Positions 19,706-30,883 are shown, numbered from the stretch's first letter. The stretch: DNA of 64,000 bases from an uncultured Eubacteriales bacterium (GCA_965145485.1 CBCTCU010000001.1:60800-124799), one strand, 5' to 3'. Program-made: numbers and translations. Notes: generated by a model not told the origin, from the letters alone.

Positions 19706-20618
19706 TTTGCACTGCGATACTGTGGTGGAATGCTTTGAGCAGCGGTGTTCCTTATACGAGAATTCTTTGGCCGTGTCGGTTTCCCGGATCGCCGGCTTTG
19801 AGGCCAGCGCCCACTGTTTTGCGCTGTGGGTTGCCGATGGCACCGACGACCGGCAGGCCCTGGCCAAAGTCAAGCGCCTGGCCGGGTATTTTAGGGAGCA
19901 GATGACAGTCTGCTACCCCCTGCTGCGGCAGGGCAATTTTCCGCTGGTAGGGGGGATGGGCCGGCACACCGCCTTTCTGACGGTGGAAAACGGGGCCGCT
20001 CTGGGGGGCGATATCGGGACGATCGGGGCCCTTCGCGCGGCGGGCGCGGTGATGCTGACCTTGTGCTGGAATGGGGAAAACCGTCTGGCCGGGGGATGCG
20101 AATCCCGTGGGCGCCTCACATCCTTTGGCCGCACGGCCATCGCGGAAATGGAGCGGGTAGGGATGCTGGTCGACGTGTCCCACCTCAACGATGCGAGCTT
20201 CTACGAGGTGGCGGCCTGCGCCAATGAGCCGCTGGTGGCCTCCCACTCCAATGCGCGGTCGGTGTGCCGGCATCCGCGCAACCTGACCGACGCCCAGCTG
20301 AAGCTCATCGCCGATAGCGGCGGGCTGGTGGGATTGACGCTGTACGACGAATTTATCCGTTCGGGCGGTGGCGCGACGATGGAGGATCTGTACCGTCATG
20401 TCGATTATATGCTTTCGCTGGGGCTGGAGGATCATTTGGCCGTCGGCACGGATTTTGACGGCGGCCCTACCCTGGGATGTATCTCCGATATCGGCGGTAT
20501 CGCCGGGTGGTTTGAGAATTTGGTCGCCAGGGGGATCCCCGCCGCGGTTTGTGACAAGATATTTTACCGCAACGCAAAAGACTTTTTCACAGGACGTTTA
20601 AGGAGGAAAATTCCATGA
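19689..20618 (+). CDS. Membrane dipeptidase family (peptidase M19) protein
   Basis: MVRFFDLHCDT start, VDVSHLND and ASHSNARSVCRHPRNLTD motifs. GGGGGAG RBS before ATG 19689. Confidence 0.75.
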   Translation: MVRFFDLHCDTVVECFEQRCSLYENSLAVSVSRIAGFEASAHCFALWVADGTDDRQALAKVKRLAGYFREQMTVCYPLLRQGNFPLVGGMGRHTAFLTVENGAALGGDIGTIGALRAAGAVMLTLCWNGENRLAGGCESRGRLTSFGRTAIAEMERVGMLVDVSHLNDASFYEVAACANEPLVASHSNARSVCRHPRNLTDAQLKLIADSGGLVGLTLYDEFIRSGGGATMEDLYRHVDYMLSLGLEDHLAVGTDFDGGPTLGCISDIGGIAGWFENLVARGIPAAVCDKIFYRNAKDFFTGRLRRKIP

Positions 20619-22108
20619 ATTACCAGAGCACACGCGACAGTAAGGTGTCCATCTCGTCCGCCGAGGCGATTGCCCACGGCATTTCGTCCGACGGGGGGCT
20701 GTTTGTCCCAGAGAGTTTTCCGGCGGTTACCATGGAGTGGATCGGCAAGTTGGCGGCTCTGGATTATATCGGCAGGGCGCAGGCCGTGCTTTCGCTGTTT
20801 TTGACCGATTACACGCCGCAGGAGCTGTCGGCCTGCGTGACCGGCGCATACAAGGGGAGCTTTGAAGAGGATGATCCTGCCCCGCTCAGGCCGTTATCCG
20901 ATACCGTCAGCATGTTGGAGCTCTGGCACGGTCCGACCTGCGCGTTCAAGGACATGGCGTTGCAGCTTCTCCCCCATTTGCTCACCCGTGCCGCTGCCAA
21001 AACGGGCGGCGCGTCCACAACGGTGATCCTGGTTGCGACCTCGGGGGATACCGGCAAGGCGGCCCTCGAGGGATTCCAGAATGTGGAGGGCACCAAAATC
21101 CTGGTGTTTTATCCGCTTGACGGGGTCAGTGATATGCAAAAGCGGCAGATGACCACACAGGAGGGGGACAATGTTGCTGTTTGCGCCGTCGAGGGGAACT
21201 TTGACGATGCCCAGACGGGGGTCAAGCGTATTTTCACCGATTCCGCCATGGCGGCCCGGCTGGCGGCCGGCGATATGTCCTTTTCCAGTGCGAACTCCAT
21301 CAACTGGGGGCGTTTGGCGCCGCAAATCGTCTATTACATTTCGGCCTATGTCGATTTGGTCAAGAGCGGGCGGATTGCGCTGGGCAATCCCATCAATGTG
21401 GTGGTGCCTACCGGCAATTTCGGCAACATTCTTGCCGGCTATTTCGCCAAACGGATGGGGCTGCCCATTTCCCGCTTTGTCTGTGCGTCCAATGCGAACC
21501 AGGTCTTGACCGACTTTATCCGCACTGGTGTGTATGACCGCAACCGCGCCTTCCACACCACTCTTTCTCCCTCCATGGACATCCTCATTTCCAGCAACCT
21601 CGAGCGGCTGCTGTACGATTTGTCCGGCCGGGACGACCGGATGGTGTGCGGCTGGATGGAGCAGCTCCGCCTCAGCGGCCGGTATGATGTTGGATCGGAA
21701 ATGAAACAGAAGATACAGGATATTTTTTATGGCGCGACGGTCAATGACGACGAAACCAAGCGTGTAATCCGCCGGGTATTCGAGCAATATCATTACCTTT
21801 GCGATACCCATACGGCGGTGGCGCTCGGCGCGTATGAGCAATACCTTGCGCAGACGGGGGACAATACCCCCGCCGTCGTGGTTTCCACTGCCAGCCCCTA
21901 TAAGTTTGCGCCCAGCGTGCTGTCCGCCCTCGAGCGGGTAGAGCAGGGGCAGGACGATTTTGCTCTGCTTCGCCGGCTCAGCGAGGTCAGCGGTACCGCC
22001 ATACCGCGCCCCCTGAGCGCGTTGGAGGGGAAGGCCGTCCGTTTCGACGGCTGCTGTGCGCCGGGCGGGATGGAACGTGTGGTCCTCGAAACGCTCGGGC
22101 TTGCGTGA
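20615..22108 (+). CDS. thrC: Threonine synthase (long form)
   Basis: MNYQSTRD start and the PLP lysine motif GPTCAFKDMALQ. AAGGAGG RBS; ATGA overlap with the upstream stop. Confidence 0.9.
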   Translation: MNYQSTRDSKVSISSAEAIAHGISSDGGLFVPESFPAVTMEWIGKLAALDYIGRAQAVLSLFLTDYTPQELSACVTGAYKGSFEEDDPAPLRPLSDTVSMLELWHGPTCAFKDMALQLLPHLLTRAAAKTGGASTTVILVATSGDTGKAALEGFQNVEGTKILVFYPLDGVSDMQKRQMTTQEGDNVAVCAVEGNFDDAQTGVKRIFTDSAMAARLAAGDMSFSSANSINWGRLAPQIVYYISAYVDLVKSGRIALGNPINVVVPTGNFGNILAGYFAKRMGLPISRFVCASNANQVLTDFIRTGVYDRNRAFHTTLSPSMDILISSNLERLLYDLSGRDDRMVCGWMEQLRLSGRYDVGSEMKQKIQDIFYGATVNDDETKRVIRRVFEQYHYLCDTHTAVALGAYEQYLAQTGDNTPAVVVSTASPYKFAPSVLSALERVEQGQDDFALLRRLSEVSGTAIPRPLSALEGKAVRFDGCCAPGGMERVVLETLGLA

Positions 22109-22318
22109 GGAATCGACGGGATTACTCTCTGGAACTACCCGCTCTGACGGTGAGAAGTTGCGGACGGAAGCTTTGGCTCAACATCGAGCCGGATGGCATC
22201 AGCGACCCAGCCATGGTGCGCTGTCTCGCGAGGGGATCGGCTTCCCGCGCGGGCAGAGAGAATATTGGCGACGCTGGATACGCTGTGGATCCAATGGTGT
22301 TATGTTTTCGGCATCCGC

Positions 22319-22352
22319 AAAGGCGGACAGGCCGTATGGCCTGTCCGCCTTT
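22319..22352. terminator. Bidirectional stem-loop between convergent thrC and the DUF1540 gene
   Basis: AAAGGCGGACAGGCC-gtat-GGCCTGTCCGCCTTT, a perfect 15-bp stem. Confidence 0.6.
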
Positions 22353-22364
22353 GCAAAACGGTTG

Positions 22365-22535
22365 TTATTTATTCGGCTTGAAGGTAGTGCAGGCGGTATC
22401 CTGGCAGCTGCAGGCATAGTTGGGCCCCACGCCGATCTCGGTGGCGTTACAGGTGTGCTCATTCGAATGATAAGCGCAGTTTGACACGTCACAGACGATC
22501 TTTACCGATTTGCAGTCCTGAGTATTCTGGTTCAT
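22365..22535 (-). CDS. DUF1540-like small Cys-rich protein
   Basis: This 56-aa ORF is missing from the ORF track because it is under 60 aa: MNQNTQDCKSVKIVCDVSNCAYHSNEHTCNATEIGVGPNYACSCQDTACTTFKPNK. The CxxxNCxYH...C pattern matches DUF1540 as I remember it. Confidence 0.6.
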   Translation of the reverse strand: MNQNTQDCKSVKIVCDVSNCAYHSNEHTCNATEIGVGPNYACSCQDTACTTFKPNK

Positions 22536-22627
22536 TGTGATTTCCCACCTTTCGTTTTGGTCTGTCGATAGTATTCCCCGGTATGGGATGTTGATATGCG
22601 TTGCATTTAAAGGAAAGGCTGTGCGTT

Positions 22628-23329
22628 ATGTCTCTGTTTGCCATTGCGGACGTCCACCTGTCTTTGGGGGCGGACAAGCCGATGGATGTTTTCCCGGGCT
22701 GGGCCGACTATGCCGCCCGGCTCGAGCGGCATTGGCGGGAGCTTGTCGATCTGGAGGATACGGTGGTCATTGCGGGGGATATTTCCTGGGCCATGAAGTT
22801 GGAGGAAAGCCGGGCGGATTTTGCATTTTTGCACGCTCTGCCGGGGCGCAAGCTGATTTTCAAGGGCAACCATGACCTTTGGTGGACGACTCTGCGCAAG
22901 ATGGAGGCGTTTATCGCCCAAAACGGGTTCGATTCGATCTCTTTTGTGCACAACAACGCCACCCTTGCCGACGGGATCGCGGTCTGCGGTACCCGCGGGT
23001 GGTTTTTTGACGATCCGCTCAGCGATCACAAGGTCGTGCTGCGGGAGGCGGGCCGGCTGGAGCGCTCGATCGAGGCGGCCGAGCGGCTTGGGGGGGAAGT
23101 GGTGGCTTTTTTGCATTATCCCCCGGTTTACGGCGGGCAGCGATGCGATGAGATCATGGAGGTGCTGCACCGCCACAGCGTCCGGCGCTGCTTTTACGGG
23201 CACATCCACGGCGCGGGCCGGCGGCTTGCTCAACAGGGCATGGTCGAGGGGATTGAAATGCGCCTGATCGCCTGCGACGCGCTGGATTTTGCGCCGGTTC
23301 GGGTGGAAAAATGCCCAGAGCGGGGCTGA
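22628..23329 (+). CDS. Metallophosphoesterase family protein
   Basis: FAIADVHLS, AGDISW, GNHDLWW and FLHYPP motifs. Confidence 0.75.
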   Translation: MSLFAIADVHLSLGADKPMDVFPGWADYAARLERHWRELVDLEDTVVIAGDISWAMKLEESRADFAFLHALPGRKLIFKGNHDLWWTTLRKMEAFIAQNGFDSISFVHNNATLADGIAVCGTRGWFFDDPLSDHKVVLREAGRLERSIEAAERLGGEVVAFLHYPPVYGGQRCDEIMEVLHRHSVRRCFYGHIHGAGRRLAQQGMVEGIEMRLIACDALDFAPVRVEKCPERG

Positions 23330-23478
23330 AAACCGATATATTTTAAGCAGTATCACCCAAAGTTAATTTTACGACGAAAAAAAGCTAAAATACTCTAGAA
23401 TTTTTTGGCTTGTTGTGATATAGTAGGCTAGATATGATTTGCTAGTTAAGTCAGAAATGATCTTAGGAGGACGTTACC

Positions 23479-25002
23479 ATGCAGCTGAAATCCAAAACCG
23501 AGCTGGAAACCAACCGGTACGAGCTCGTCGGCGTCATTGACGCCGAGACTTTTGCCGAGGCAAATACCAGGGCGTATAAAAAGGGCGCCGCCAAGATGAC
23601 CATTCCCGGCTTCCGCAAGGGGCACGCTCCCCGTAACATCATTGAAAAGATGTACGGCAAGGAAATCTTTTATGAGGATGCGCTCAATCTCCTCTATCCC
23701 GAGGCCGTGCAGGCTGTTCTTGACCAGTCGGAACTTGATCTGGCGGGCGACCGCCCCGAGTTTGAGCTGGTGTCGATCGGGGACGAAGGGGTGGAGTTCA
23801 AGCTCAAGGTAACGGTCAAACCTCAGGTGACGCTTGACATCTACAAGGGCATTGAGGCTCAGCGTCCCTCCGCCGCTGTCAGCGACGAGGAGGTGGACGC
23901 GGAGATTGCCCGCCTGCAGGAGCGCAATGCCCGCGTGATTACGGTCGAGGGCCGCGCCGCGCAAATGGGCGACACCGCCATCATCGACTTCGAGGGCTTT
24001 TTGGATGGCAAGGCTTTTGAGGGCGGCAAGGGCGAGAGCGTTCCCCTCGAGCTGGGTGCGGGGCAGTTTATCCCCGGCTTTGAGGAGCAGGTAGCCGGCC
24101 ACAACGCCGAGGATGAGTTTGACGTCAACGTCACCTTCCCCGAGGAGTATCACGCGGAGGAGCTGGCTGGCAAGCCGGTCGTGTTCAAATGCAAGCTGCA
24201 TGAGATCAAGGGCAAGGAGCTGCCGGTGCTCGACGATGAATTCGCTAAGGATGTCAGTGAGTTCGACACGCTGGATGAGCTCAAGCAGGATCTTCGCGGC
24301 AAGCTGGAGCATCAAAAGCAGCACGCTGCCGACGACGCGGTCGAGAAACAGTTGATCGACGCCGTCATCGGGGGCTTCCATGCCGACATCCCCGCCTGCA
24401 TGATTGAGCTTCGCATCGACGAGAGCATTCGGGAGTTTGATGCCCGCCTGCACGCCCAGCATCTCGACCTCAAGGGCTATTTGCAGTATACCGGTATGAC
24501 CCTCGAGGCAATGCGCGAGAGCATGCGCGAGGGGGCGGAGCGTCAGGTCAAGCTGCGTCTGGCTCTGGAGACCATCGCCAAGCTGGAAAATCTCGATGTG
24601 ACCGATGAGGAAGTGCAAAAGCAGTACGACAATTACGTCGAAATGTATAAGGTGAGCATGGAACAGGTCAAGGCCGCCATCCCTGAGAAGGATGTGCGCG
24701 ACGATATCGCCTGCAACAAGGCCATCGACCTGATCAAGGATACCGCCGTGGTGACCGACGCCAAGGAGGAAGCCAAACCGGCCGCGAAAAAGCCGGCGGC
24801 AAAGAAAGCGGCCGCAAAGAAGGACGAGGCAGAGGGCAAGGATGAAGACAAGCCGGCTGCCAAAAAAACGGCCGCAAAGAAGACGGCGGCCAAAAAGGAC
24901 GAAACCGAGGGTAAGGATGAGGAAAAGCCGGCTGCGAAAAAGCCGGCCGCCAAAAAGGCTCCCGCGAAAAAAGCGGCAGATAAAACCGCCGACGCTGAAT
25001 AA
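23479..25002 (+). CDS. tig: Trigger factor with a C-terminal Lys/Ala-rich repeat tail
   Basis: TAGGAGG RBS. The ribosome-binding signature is IPGFRKGHAPRNIIEK, followed by an FKBP-type PPIase core (FEGFLDGKAFEGGKGE...GQFIPGFEEQ). It lies upstream of clpP-clpX. Residues 433-507 form the extra tail. Confidence 0.93.
   Translation: MQLKSKTELETNRYELVGVIDAETFAEANTRAYKKGAAKMTIPGFRKGHAPRNIIEKMYGKEIFYEDALNLLYPEAVQAVLDQSELDLAGDRPEFELVSIGDEGVEFKLKVTVKPQVTLDIYKGIEAQRPSAAVSDEEVDAEIARLQERNARVITVEGRAAQMGDTAIIDFEGFLDGKAFEGGKGESVPLELGAGQFIPGFEEQVAGHNAEDEFDVNVTFPEEYHAEELAGKPVVFKCKLHEIKGKELPVLDDEFAKDVSEFDTLDELKQDLRGKLEHQKQHAADDAVEKQLIDAVIGGFHADIPACMIELRIDESIREFDARLHAQHLDLKGYLQYTGMTLEAMRESMREGAERQVKLRLALETIAKLENLDVTDEEVQKQYDNYVEMYKVSMEQVKAAIPEKDVRDDIACNKAIDLIKDTAVVTDAKEEAKPAAKKPAAKKAAAKKDEAEGKDEDKPAAKKTAAKKTAAKKDETEGKDEEKPAAKKPAAKKAPAKKAADKTADAE
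24775..24999 (+). repeat. Three tandem 75-nt (25-codon) repeats that form the tig tail
   Basis: The three repeats are KPAAKKPAAKKAAAKKDEAEGKDED, KPAAKKTAAKKTAAKKDETEGKDEE and KPAAKKPAAKKAPAKKAADKTADAE. The repeats are also visible at nucleotide level. Confidence 0.85.
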
Positions 25003-25113
25003 AATAGCTGTACCATATTTGGCCGGTTTGTATGAACCGGCCGAATTGGCTCAATACTAGTATTATCTGTGCCAGTATCAAATAAAATTATTTTAATTTT
25101 TGGAGGTGCTTAC

Positions 25114-25698
25114 ATGAGTAGCTTAGTGCCATATGTAGTGGAACAGACCAGCAGGGGGGAACGGTCGTATGACATATTTTCCCGCCTTTTAAACGACCGG
25201 ATCATTGTCCTGTCAGATGAGGTAAACGACGTTACCGCCAGCCTGGTCATTGCCCAGCTTTTGTATCTGGAAGGGCAGGATGGTGAAAAAGATATCAACC
25301 TCTACATCAATTCTCCCGGTGGGTCGGTCACGGCCGGCCTTGCCATTTACGATACCATGCAGTATATCAAGCCCGACGTATCCACCATCTGCATGGGTAT
25401 GGCGGCGAGCATGGGGGCGTTTTTGCTCTCCTCCGGCGCGAAGGGAAAGCGTTTGGCTCTGCCCAACAGCGAGATCATGATCCATCAGCCTCTGGGCGGC
25501 GCGCAGGGCCAGGCTACCGAGATTATCATCGCAGCCGACCATATCAAGCGTACGAGGGAAAAGCTCAATAAAATTCTCTCCGCCAACACCGGCCGGCCCC
25601 TGGAGGAGATCGAGCGCGATACCGAGCGCGACAACTTCATGTCGGCTGAGGAGGCCAGGGACTACGGCTTGGTAGATAAAGTCATTATTAAGCGGTAA
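25114..25698 (+). CDS. clpP: ATP-dependent Clp protease proteolytic subunit
   Basis: [27 protein letters not shown]; the catalytic Ser context is [11 protein letters not shown] and the His context is [19 protein letters not shown] before ATG 25114. Confidence 0.95.
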   Translation: MSSLVPYVVEQTSRGERSYDIFSRLLNDRIIVLSDEVNDVTASLVIAQLLYLEGQDGEKDINLYINSPGGSVTAGLAIYDTMQYIKPDVSTICMGMAASMGAFLLSSGAKGKRLALPNSEIMIHQPLGGAQGQATEIIIAADHIKRTREKLNKILSANTGRPLEEIERDTERDNFMSAEEARDYGLVDKVIIKR

Positions 25699-25710
25699 GG
25701 TGTGTGACAC

Positions 25711-27021
25711 ATGGCAAGCGACCAGAAAGAGAAAGGAATCCAGTGTTCCTTTTGCGGCAAGACCCAGGATATGGTGCATACTCTGGTAGCCGGGCGCAAT
25801 GCGTATATTTGTGACGAATGCGTCCTTGCCTGCCGCGATATATTAGAGGGCGGCATGCCTTCTGTGGCAAAAAAGAATGCGAAATCAGCGTCCGACGCTG
25901 TCGTTTTGCCCAAGCCGCAGGAGCTCAAGGCCAAGCTCGATCAGTACGTCATAGGGCAGGACGAGGCCAAGACGGCGCTGTCGGTAGCGGTTTACAATCA
26001 CTACAAGCGCATTTATTTTGGCAAGGGCAGCGATGTGGAGCTGCAAAAGAGCAACGTGCTCCTGCTGGGGCCGACCGGCGTCGGCAAAACCCTGCTCGCA
26101 CAGACGTTATCCAAAATACTCAACGTCCCCTTTGCCATTACCGACGCCACCACCCTGACCGAGGCGGGCTATGTGGGCGAGGATGTGGAAAACATCCTGC
26201 TGCGCCTGATTCAGGCTGCCGACTATGATGTCGAGCGTGCCGAGCTGGGGATTATCTATGTGGATGAGATCGACAAAATCGCCCGCAAATCGGAAAATCC
26301 CTCCATCACGCGGGATGTCAGCGGCGAAGGGGTGCAGCAGGCGCTGCTGAAGATCTTAGAGGGCACGGTATCCAACGTGCCGCCTTCCGGTGGAAGAAAG
26401 CATCCGCAGCAGGAGTTTATCCAGGTGGATACCTCGAATATTCTGTTTATTTGTGCCGGGGCATTTGACGGCCTCGATAAGGTGATAGAAAAACGCACCG
26501 CGAAGACGAGCCTCGGGTTTGGAGCGCAGATAAAGCAGGCAGGGGGGCAAAAGGAGTCCGAGTTGCTCCGGCAGGTGACCCATCAGGATCTGGTGCATTT
26601 TGGGCTGATCCCCGAGTTGGTGGGCCGCCTTCCGGTGGTCACCGCGCTGGATGGGCTGGATGAAGATGCCATGGTGCGCATCATGACCGAGCCGAAAAAC
26701 GCCATCGTCAAGCAGTACCAGGCGTTGCTGGATATGGACCATGTCGAGCTTTCGTTTGAGCCGGCGGCGTTGCGCGCCATTGCGGCAAAGACCTGCGAGC
26801 GAAAGACGGGCGCGCGCGGCTTGCGGTCGATGATGGAGGAAATTTTGGAGCAGGTCATGTTTACCGTTCCTTCCGATTACACCATTTCCAAGGTCGTCAT
26901 CACCGAAGATATGGTGCGCGGCACCGGCCAAGCGATCATAGAGCGCGACCCGAGCCGCAAGCCAAGCCAGATTCGCATTTCCGCTTCCTCGGGCGCGTCG
27001 AGTTCCAACGCCATCGCTTAA
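25711..27021 (+). CDS. clpX: ATP-dependent Clp protease ATP-binding subunit ClpX
   Basis: N-terminal zinc finger CSFCGK...CDEC, Walker A GPTGVGKT, Walker [10 protein letters not shown]. Confidence 0.95.
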   Translation: MASDQKEKGIQCSFCGKTQDMVHTLVAGRNAYICDECVLACRDILEGGMPSVAKKNAKSASDAVVLPKPQELKAKLDQYVIGQDEAKTALSVAVYNHYKRIYFGKGSDVELQKSNVLLLGPTGVGKTLLAQTLSKILNVPFAITDATTLTEAGYVGEDVENILLRLIQAADYDVERAELGIIYVDEIDKIARKSENPSITRDVSGEGVQQALLKILEGTVSNVPPSGGRKHPQQEFIQVDTSNILFICAGAFDGLDKVIEKRTAKTSLGFGAQIKQAGGQKESELLRQVTHQDLVHFGLIPELVGRLPVVTALDGLDEDAMVRIMTEPKNAIVKQYQALLDMDHVELSFEPAALRAIAAKTCERKTGARGLRSMMEEILEQVMFTVPSDYTISKVVITEDMVRGTGQAIIERDPSRKPSQIRISASSGASSSNAIA

Positions 27022-27754
27022 GCGGTAAACGATAGGGAGGCCGGCGCAGCCAAAGGGCGGCCTTAGCGCGTATTGCTTGCGTGAAAGGCCGGGCTTGCGG
27101 CGCCAGACTAGGGCGTTGGGCGGCCTGCCGGGAGGCTTGTGCAAACCGGTGGGCGCCTGCCAGAGCCAGGCGCGAGCCGGTCAGGTGGACGGATACTGGT
27201 TTTTACCGTCATATTATATGCTAGCGGTGTTCTCACCGCAGGTGGGCGGGCTCTCTGGTTTGGTGAGCGCTCGCTTGCTCAACAGAATACCGGCATGACA
27301 GTACAACTCAGGCAGTTTGCCGAGCCCAGCGGTTTTGACTGCTCTGCTCGACAGGCTGCCTGTGGCTTTTTCGAGGGGCGGTTGCTTTCCTGTGCCGTGG
27401 GTGCGGGTACTCGATGAATATAGAGCAAACACGGTCAAACCAGGCCGGATGGATTTCCGGCTGGCGTTATATCTCCGGGCGCGGGTTGCCCTTTTCGCCC
27501 GCCTTGCCTGAGAAGGGTGGCCCATACGTTCCGTAATACCTGCAAACGGAAAAGATGAATCGGGTAGGGATACGCGGCGGCCGCATCCCGGCGCCGGCTG
27601 GCACCGGGAAAAGATACCGGAAATAGCGGCGCATTCAGGAGGGCGCGTTGCCCCTGGTTCGCGTCACTGAAGCAAACATCGCCCGCTCCCACCGCCTTAT
27701 GAGAAGGAAAATAATTGGCTTTCGGCGTGAAACATAGAAAGGTATGGAGATAGA

Positions 27755-30169
27755 ATGAAAGAAACGAACGGTGTGCGTGTCATGCCGCTGCTGGCCTTGC
27801 GCGGGCTGGTGGTGTTCCCAGGCATGATGCTTCACTTTGACGTTGGACGCAAGCGATCGATCAATGCGGTCAACCAGGCCATGGGGGAGGGGCAGCTGCT
27901 CTTTCTTGCCTGCCAGAAGGATATGCGGGATGACGAGCCGGAGGCTGACCAGCTGTTTACGGTCGGCTGTGTGGCCCGTATCAAGCAGATATTCCACCTG
28001 CACGGCGACGCCCTGCGCGTCATGGTGGAAGGGGTCTGCCGCGCGGAAAATATGGAGATGGTGCAGACCACGCCCTATTTCGCGGCGGCGGTCAAAGAGT
28101 TGCCGGTGGCCGCTACGACGGGCAACGGCATGATGGAAAAGGCCCTGGTCCGGCTTGCCGGCCAGCAGTTTGAAGAGTATGCGGAGCTATCCGGTAAACT
28201 GTCGCCCGATATTCTCATGGGAGTCATGGCGGAGAAAAAGGCGGGGGAGCTTAGCGATTATATCGCGATCAATATTCCTCTATCGTTTGAAAAAAAGCAG
28301 CTTCTGCTGGAGGAGTGCCATGCGACCGCCCGCCTGCGGCTGCTGGTGGCCATGCTGCGGGAGGAGTGCGACCTGCTGAGCATCGAGCAGGAAATCGAGC
28401 AAAAAGTGCAGAGCCAGATGGAGGACAACCAGCGGGATTACTACCTGCGCGAGCAGCTCAAGGCCATTGCCGGCGAGCTGGGCGAGGGGGAGAATCCGCA
28501 GGAGGAGGCGCAGGAGTACCGGGCGAGAATCGAGGCGCTGCCCATTGGGGAGGAATCCCGTGAGAAACTGCTCAAGGAAGCCGATCGTTTGTCCAAAATG
28601 CCGGCCGGCTCCCATGAGGCGACGGTGGTGCGCGGCTATCTGGACACCTGCCTTGAGATGCCGTGGGGGAAAGCGACCAAGGACAAGCACGACCTGAATA
28701 AGGCGGCCGCCATCCTCGACCGGGAGCATTATGGGCTGAGCAAGGTGAAGGATCGGATTCTGGAAGCTTTGGCTGTCTATAGCCTGTCGGGCCAGGTCAA
28801 CGCGCAGACGCTATGCCTGGTCGGCCCGCCCGGCGTGGGCAAGACCTCGATTGCGCGCTCGATCGCCAAATGCATGGGGCGCAGGTATGTTCGGGTATCT
28901 CTCGGCGGCGTGCGGGATGAAAGCGATATCCGCGGGCACCGGCGCACTTACATCGGCGCCATGCCGGGGCGCATCGTCAATGCTATCCGGCAGGCGGGGG
29001 TCAGCAATCCGCTGATTCTGCTTGACGAGATTGACAAGCTGGGGGCGGATTTCCGGGGCGATCCATCCGCGGCCCTGCTGGAAGCGCTCGACCCGGAGCA
29101 AAACAGCGGATTTGTCGATCATTATCTCGATTTGCCCTTTGACCTGAGCAAGGTGCTGTTTATCACCACCGCCAATACGACCTCCACCATTCCGCCCGCC
29201 CTGTATGACCGGATGGAGGTCATTGAGCTGACGAGCTACACCCGCGAGGAGAAATTCCAGATTGCCAAGCGGCACCTGGTCAAAAAGCAGGAAAAACGCC
29301 ACGGGCTGAGCGGGCGCAGCTTGCGCATTGCCGACGACGCGATTTATGGGCTGATCGATTATTATACCCGCGAGGCAGGGGTCCGCGCGCTGGAGCGCTC
29401 TATCGCCTCGCTCTGCCGTAAGGCCGTCCGAGAGCTGGTCGCCGGCGGGGCCGCCAAAATCACCATCCGCGGCGCCGACTTGGAAAGGCTGCTGGGGGTA
29501 CATAAATTCCGGCCGGAGGGGTTGGAGGAATCGGATGAAATTGGCCTTGTCAACGGGCTGGCGTGGACGTCGGTGGGTGGCGAGACCATGCAGATCGAGG
29601 CCGTCTCGCTTGAGGGGAGCGGCAAGATCGTGCTGACCGGCTCGCTTGGCGACGTGATGAAAGAATCGGCGCAGGCGGCGGTCAGCTGCGTGAGGGCGCG
29701 ATCCTCCTGGCTGAACCTGGATGCGGAGTTTTACAAAAACCGGGATCTGCACATCCACGCTCCGGAGGGCGCCGTGCCGAAGGACGGCCCCTCGGCCGGC
29801 ATTGCCATGGCGACCGCCCTGGTATCGGCGCTGACCGGCACGCCGGTGCGCCGGGATGTGGCCATGACGGGGGAGATCACCCTGCGCGGCCGGGTGCTGC
29901 CGATAGGCGGGCTCAAGGAAAAGACCATGGCCGCCTACCGGGCCGGAATCCGCACGGTCCTTCTGCCGGAGGATAACACGGCCGACCTGGCTGAGATCGA
30001 CCCCGTCGTGCGGGAGGCTCTGGAGTTCATTCCGGTCAAAACAGTAGATCGGGTGTGGGAAATTGCACTGGCCAGCCGCCATTACTGCAAGCCGGGCGCG
30101 CAGGGTGCAGGGCCGTCCACTCTGGCCGAGCCGGCGGCTGCCGGTTCGCATTCGATCATGGCCAATTGA
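27755..30169 (+). CDS. lon: Lon protease (endopeptidase La)
   Basis: LON N-domain, Walker [10 protein letters not shown], the protease Ser motif [11 protein letters not shown] and the Lys motif. Confidence 0.95.
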   Translation: MKETNGVRVMPLLALRGLVVFPGMMLHFDVGRKRSINAVNQAMGEGQLLFLACQKDMRDDEPEADQLFTVGCVARIKQIFHLHGDALRVMVEGVCRAENMEMVQTTPYFAAAVKELPVAATTGNGMMEKALVRLAGQQFEEYAELSGKLSPDILMGVMAEKKAGELSDYIAINIPLSFEKKQLLLEECHATARLRLLVAMLREECDLLSIEQEIEQKVQSQMEDNQRDYYLREQLKAIAGELGEGENPQEEAQEYRARIEALPIGEESREKLLKEADRLSKMPAGSHEATVVRGYLDTCLEMPWGKATKDKHDLNKAAAILDREHYGLSKVKDRILEALAVYSLSGQVNAQTLCLVGPPGVGKTSIARSIAKCMGRRYVRVSLGGVRDESDIRGHRRTYIGAMPGRIVNAIRQAGVSNPLILLDEIDKLGADFRGDPSAALLEALDPEQNSGFVDHYLDLPFDLSKVLFITTANTTSTIPPALYDRMEVIELTSYTREEKFQIAKRHLVKKQEKRHGLSGRSLRIADDAIYGLIDYYTREAGVRALERSIASLCRKAVRELVAGGAAKITIRGADLERLLGVHKFRPEGLEESDEIGLVNGLAWTSVGGETMQIEAVSLEGSGKIVLTGSLGDVMKESAQAAVSCVRARSSWLNLDAEFYKNRDLHIHAPEGAVPKDGPSAGIAMATALVSALTGTPVRRDVAMTGEITLRGRVLPIGGLKEKTMAAYRAGIRTVLLPEDNTADLAEIDPVVREALEFIPVKTVDRVWEIALASRHYCKPGAQGAGPSTLAEPAAAGSHSIMAN

Positions 30170-30268
30170 TGGGGAGCATGGCTAAAGCCGGGCCCGCGGG
30201 CCGCAGATGGCGGGCTAAAGGTTATACGGGATCGCCCCGTGCGTTTCGCCTTGGAAAGGGTGGTAATC

Positions 30269-30883
30269 ATGAAATTGGAATCGGCCGTGTTTGAGGCATC
30301 TTTTGGCCGCGCGCAGCAGCTTCCGCCGTCGGATTTGCCGGAAATCGTCTTTTCCGGGCGGTCCAACGTAGGGAAATCCTCCCTCATCAACCGGCTGCTC
30401 AACCGGAAGGCTCTGGCGCGGGTGAGCGCGACGCCGGGCAAAACCACCACCATTAACTTTTACCGCCTCGATACGCTGCGCCTGGTCGATTTGCCGGGGT
30501 ATGGCTACGCCAAGCGGTCGAAGGAGGAAACCCGCCGCTGGTCGGCGCTGGTGGAGGGCTACTTTGATTCCGGCCGGGATATCGCGCTGGTGGTCCAGCT
30601 GGTGGACATGCGCCATCCGGCCACGCCGGACGACATGATGATGCTGGAATTTTTGATCGATCGCGCCATGCCCTTCAGCGTGGTGCTCACCAAGAGCGAC
30701 AAGCTGAATGCTTCGCAGAGGAAAGAGTCGCTCGAGCGGTTTGCACAGCAACTCAATTTTCTGCCCGACGCAACGCCGGTGGTGCCCTTTTCGGCCGTCA
30801 AGGGCGAGGGCGTGGAGGAAATCCGTGGGTGGATGGAAAAAGCCAGTTGTAGAGAGGATGTTAGCCATGTTCGTTTCGAGTAG
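30269..30883 (+). CDS. engB: Ribosome biogenesis GTP-binding protein YsxC/EngB
   Basis: G1 motif GRSNVGKSSLIN, G3 motif DLPGYG, G4 motif TKSDK. It occupies the conserved position after lon. Confidence 0.9.
   Translation: MKLESAVFEASFGRAQQLPPSDLPEIVFSGRSNVGKSSLINRLLNRKALARVSATPGKTTTINFYRLDTLRLVDLPGYGYAKRSKEETRRWSALVEGYFDSGRDIALVVQLVDMRHPATPDDMMMLEFLIDRAMPFSVVLTKSDKLNASQRKESLERFAQQLNFLPDATPVVPFSAVKGEGVEEIRGWMEKASCREDVSHVRFE

Noticed and set aside
23446-24618. 390-aa minus-strand ORF
   Set aside because: It is antisense to trigger factor. Its leucine-rich, low-complexity product mirrors the Glu/Lys-rich sense frame.
28811-30151. 446-aa minus-strand ORF
   Set aside because: It is antisense to lon. 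It is a shadow ORF.
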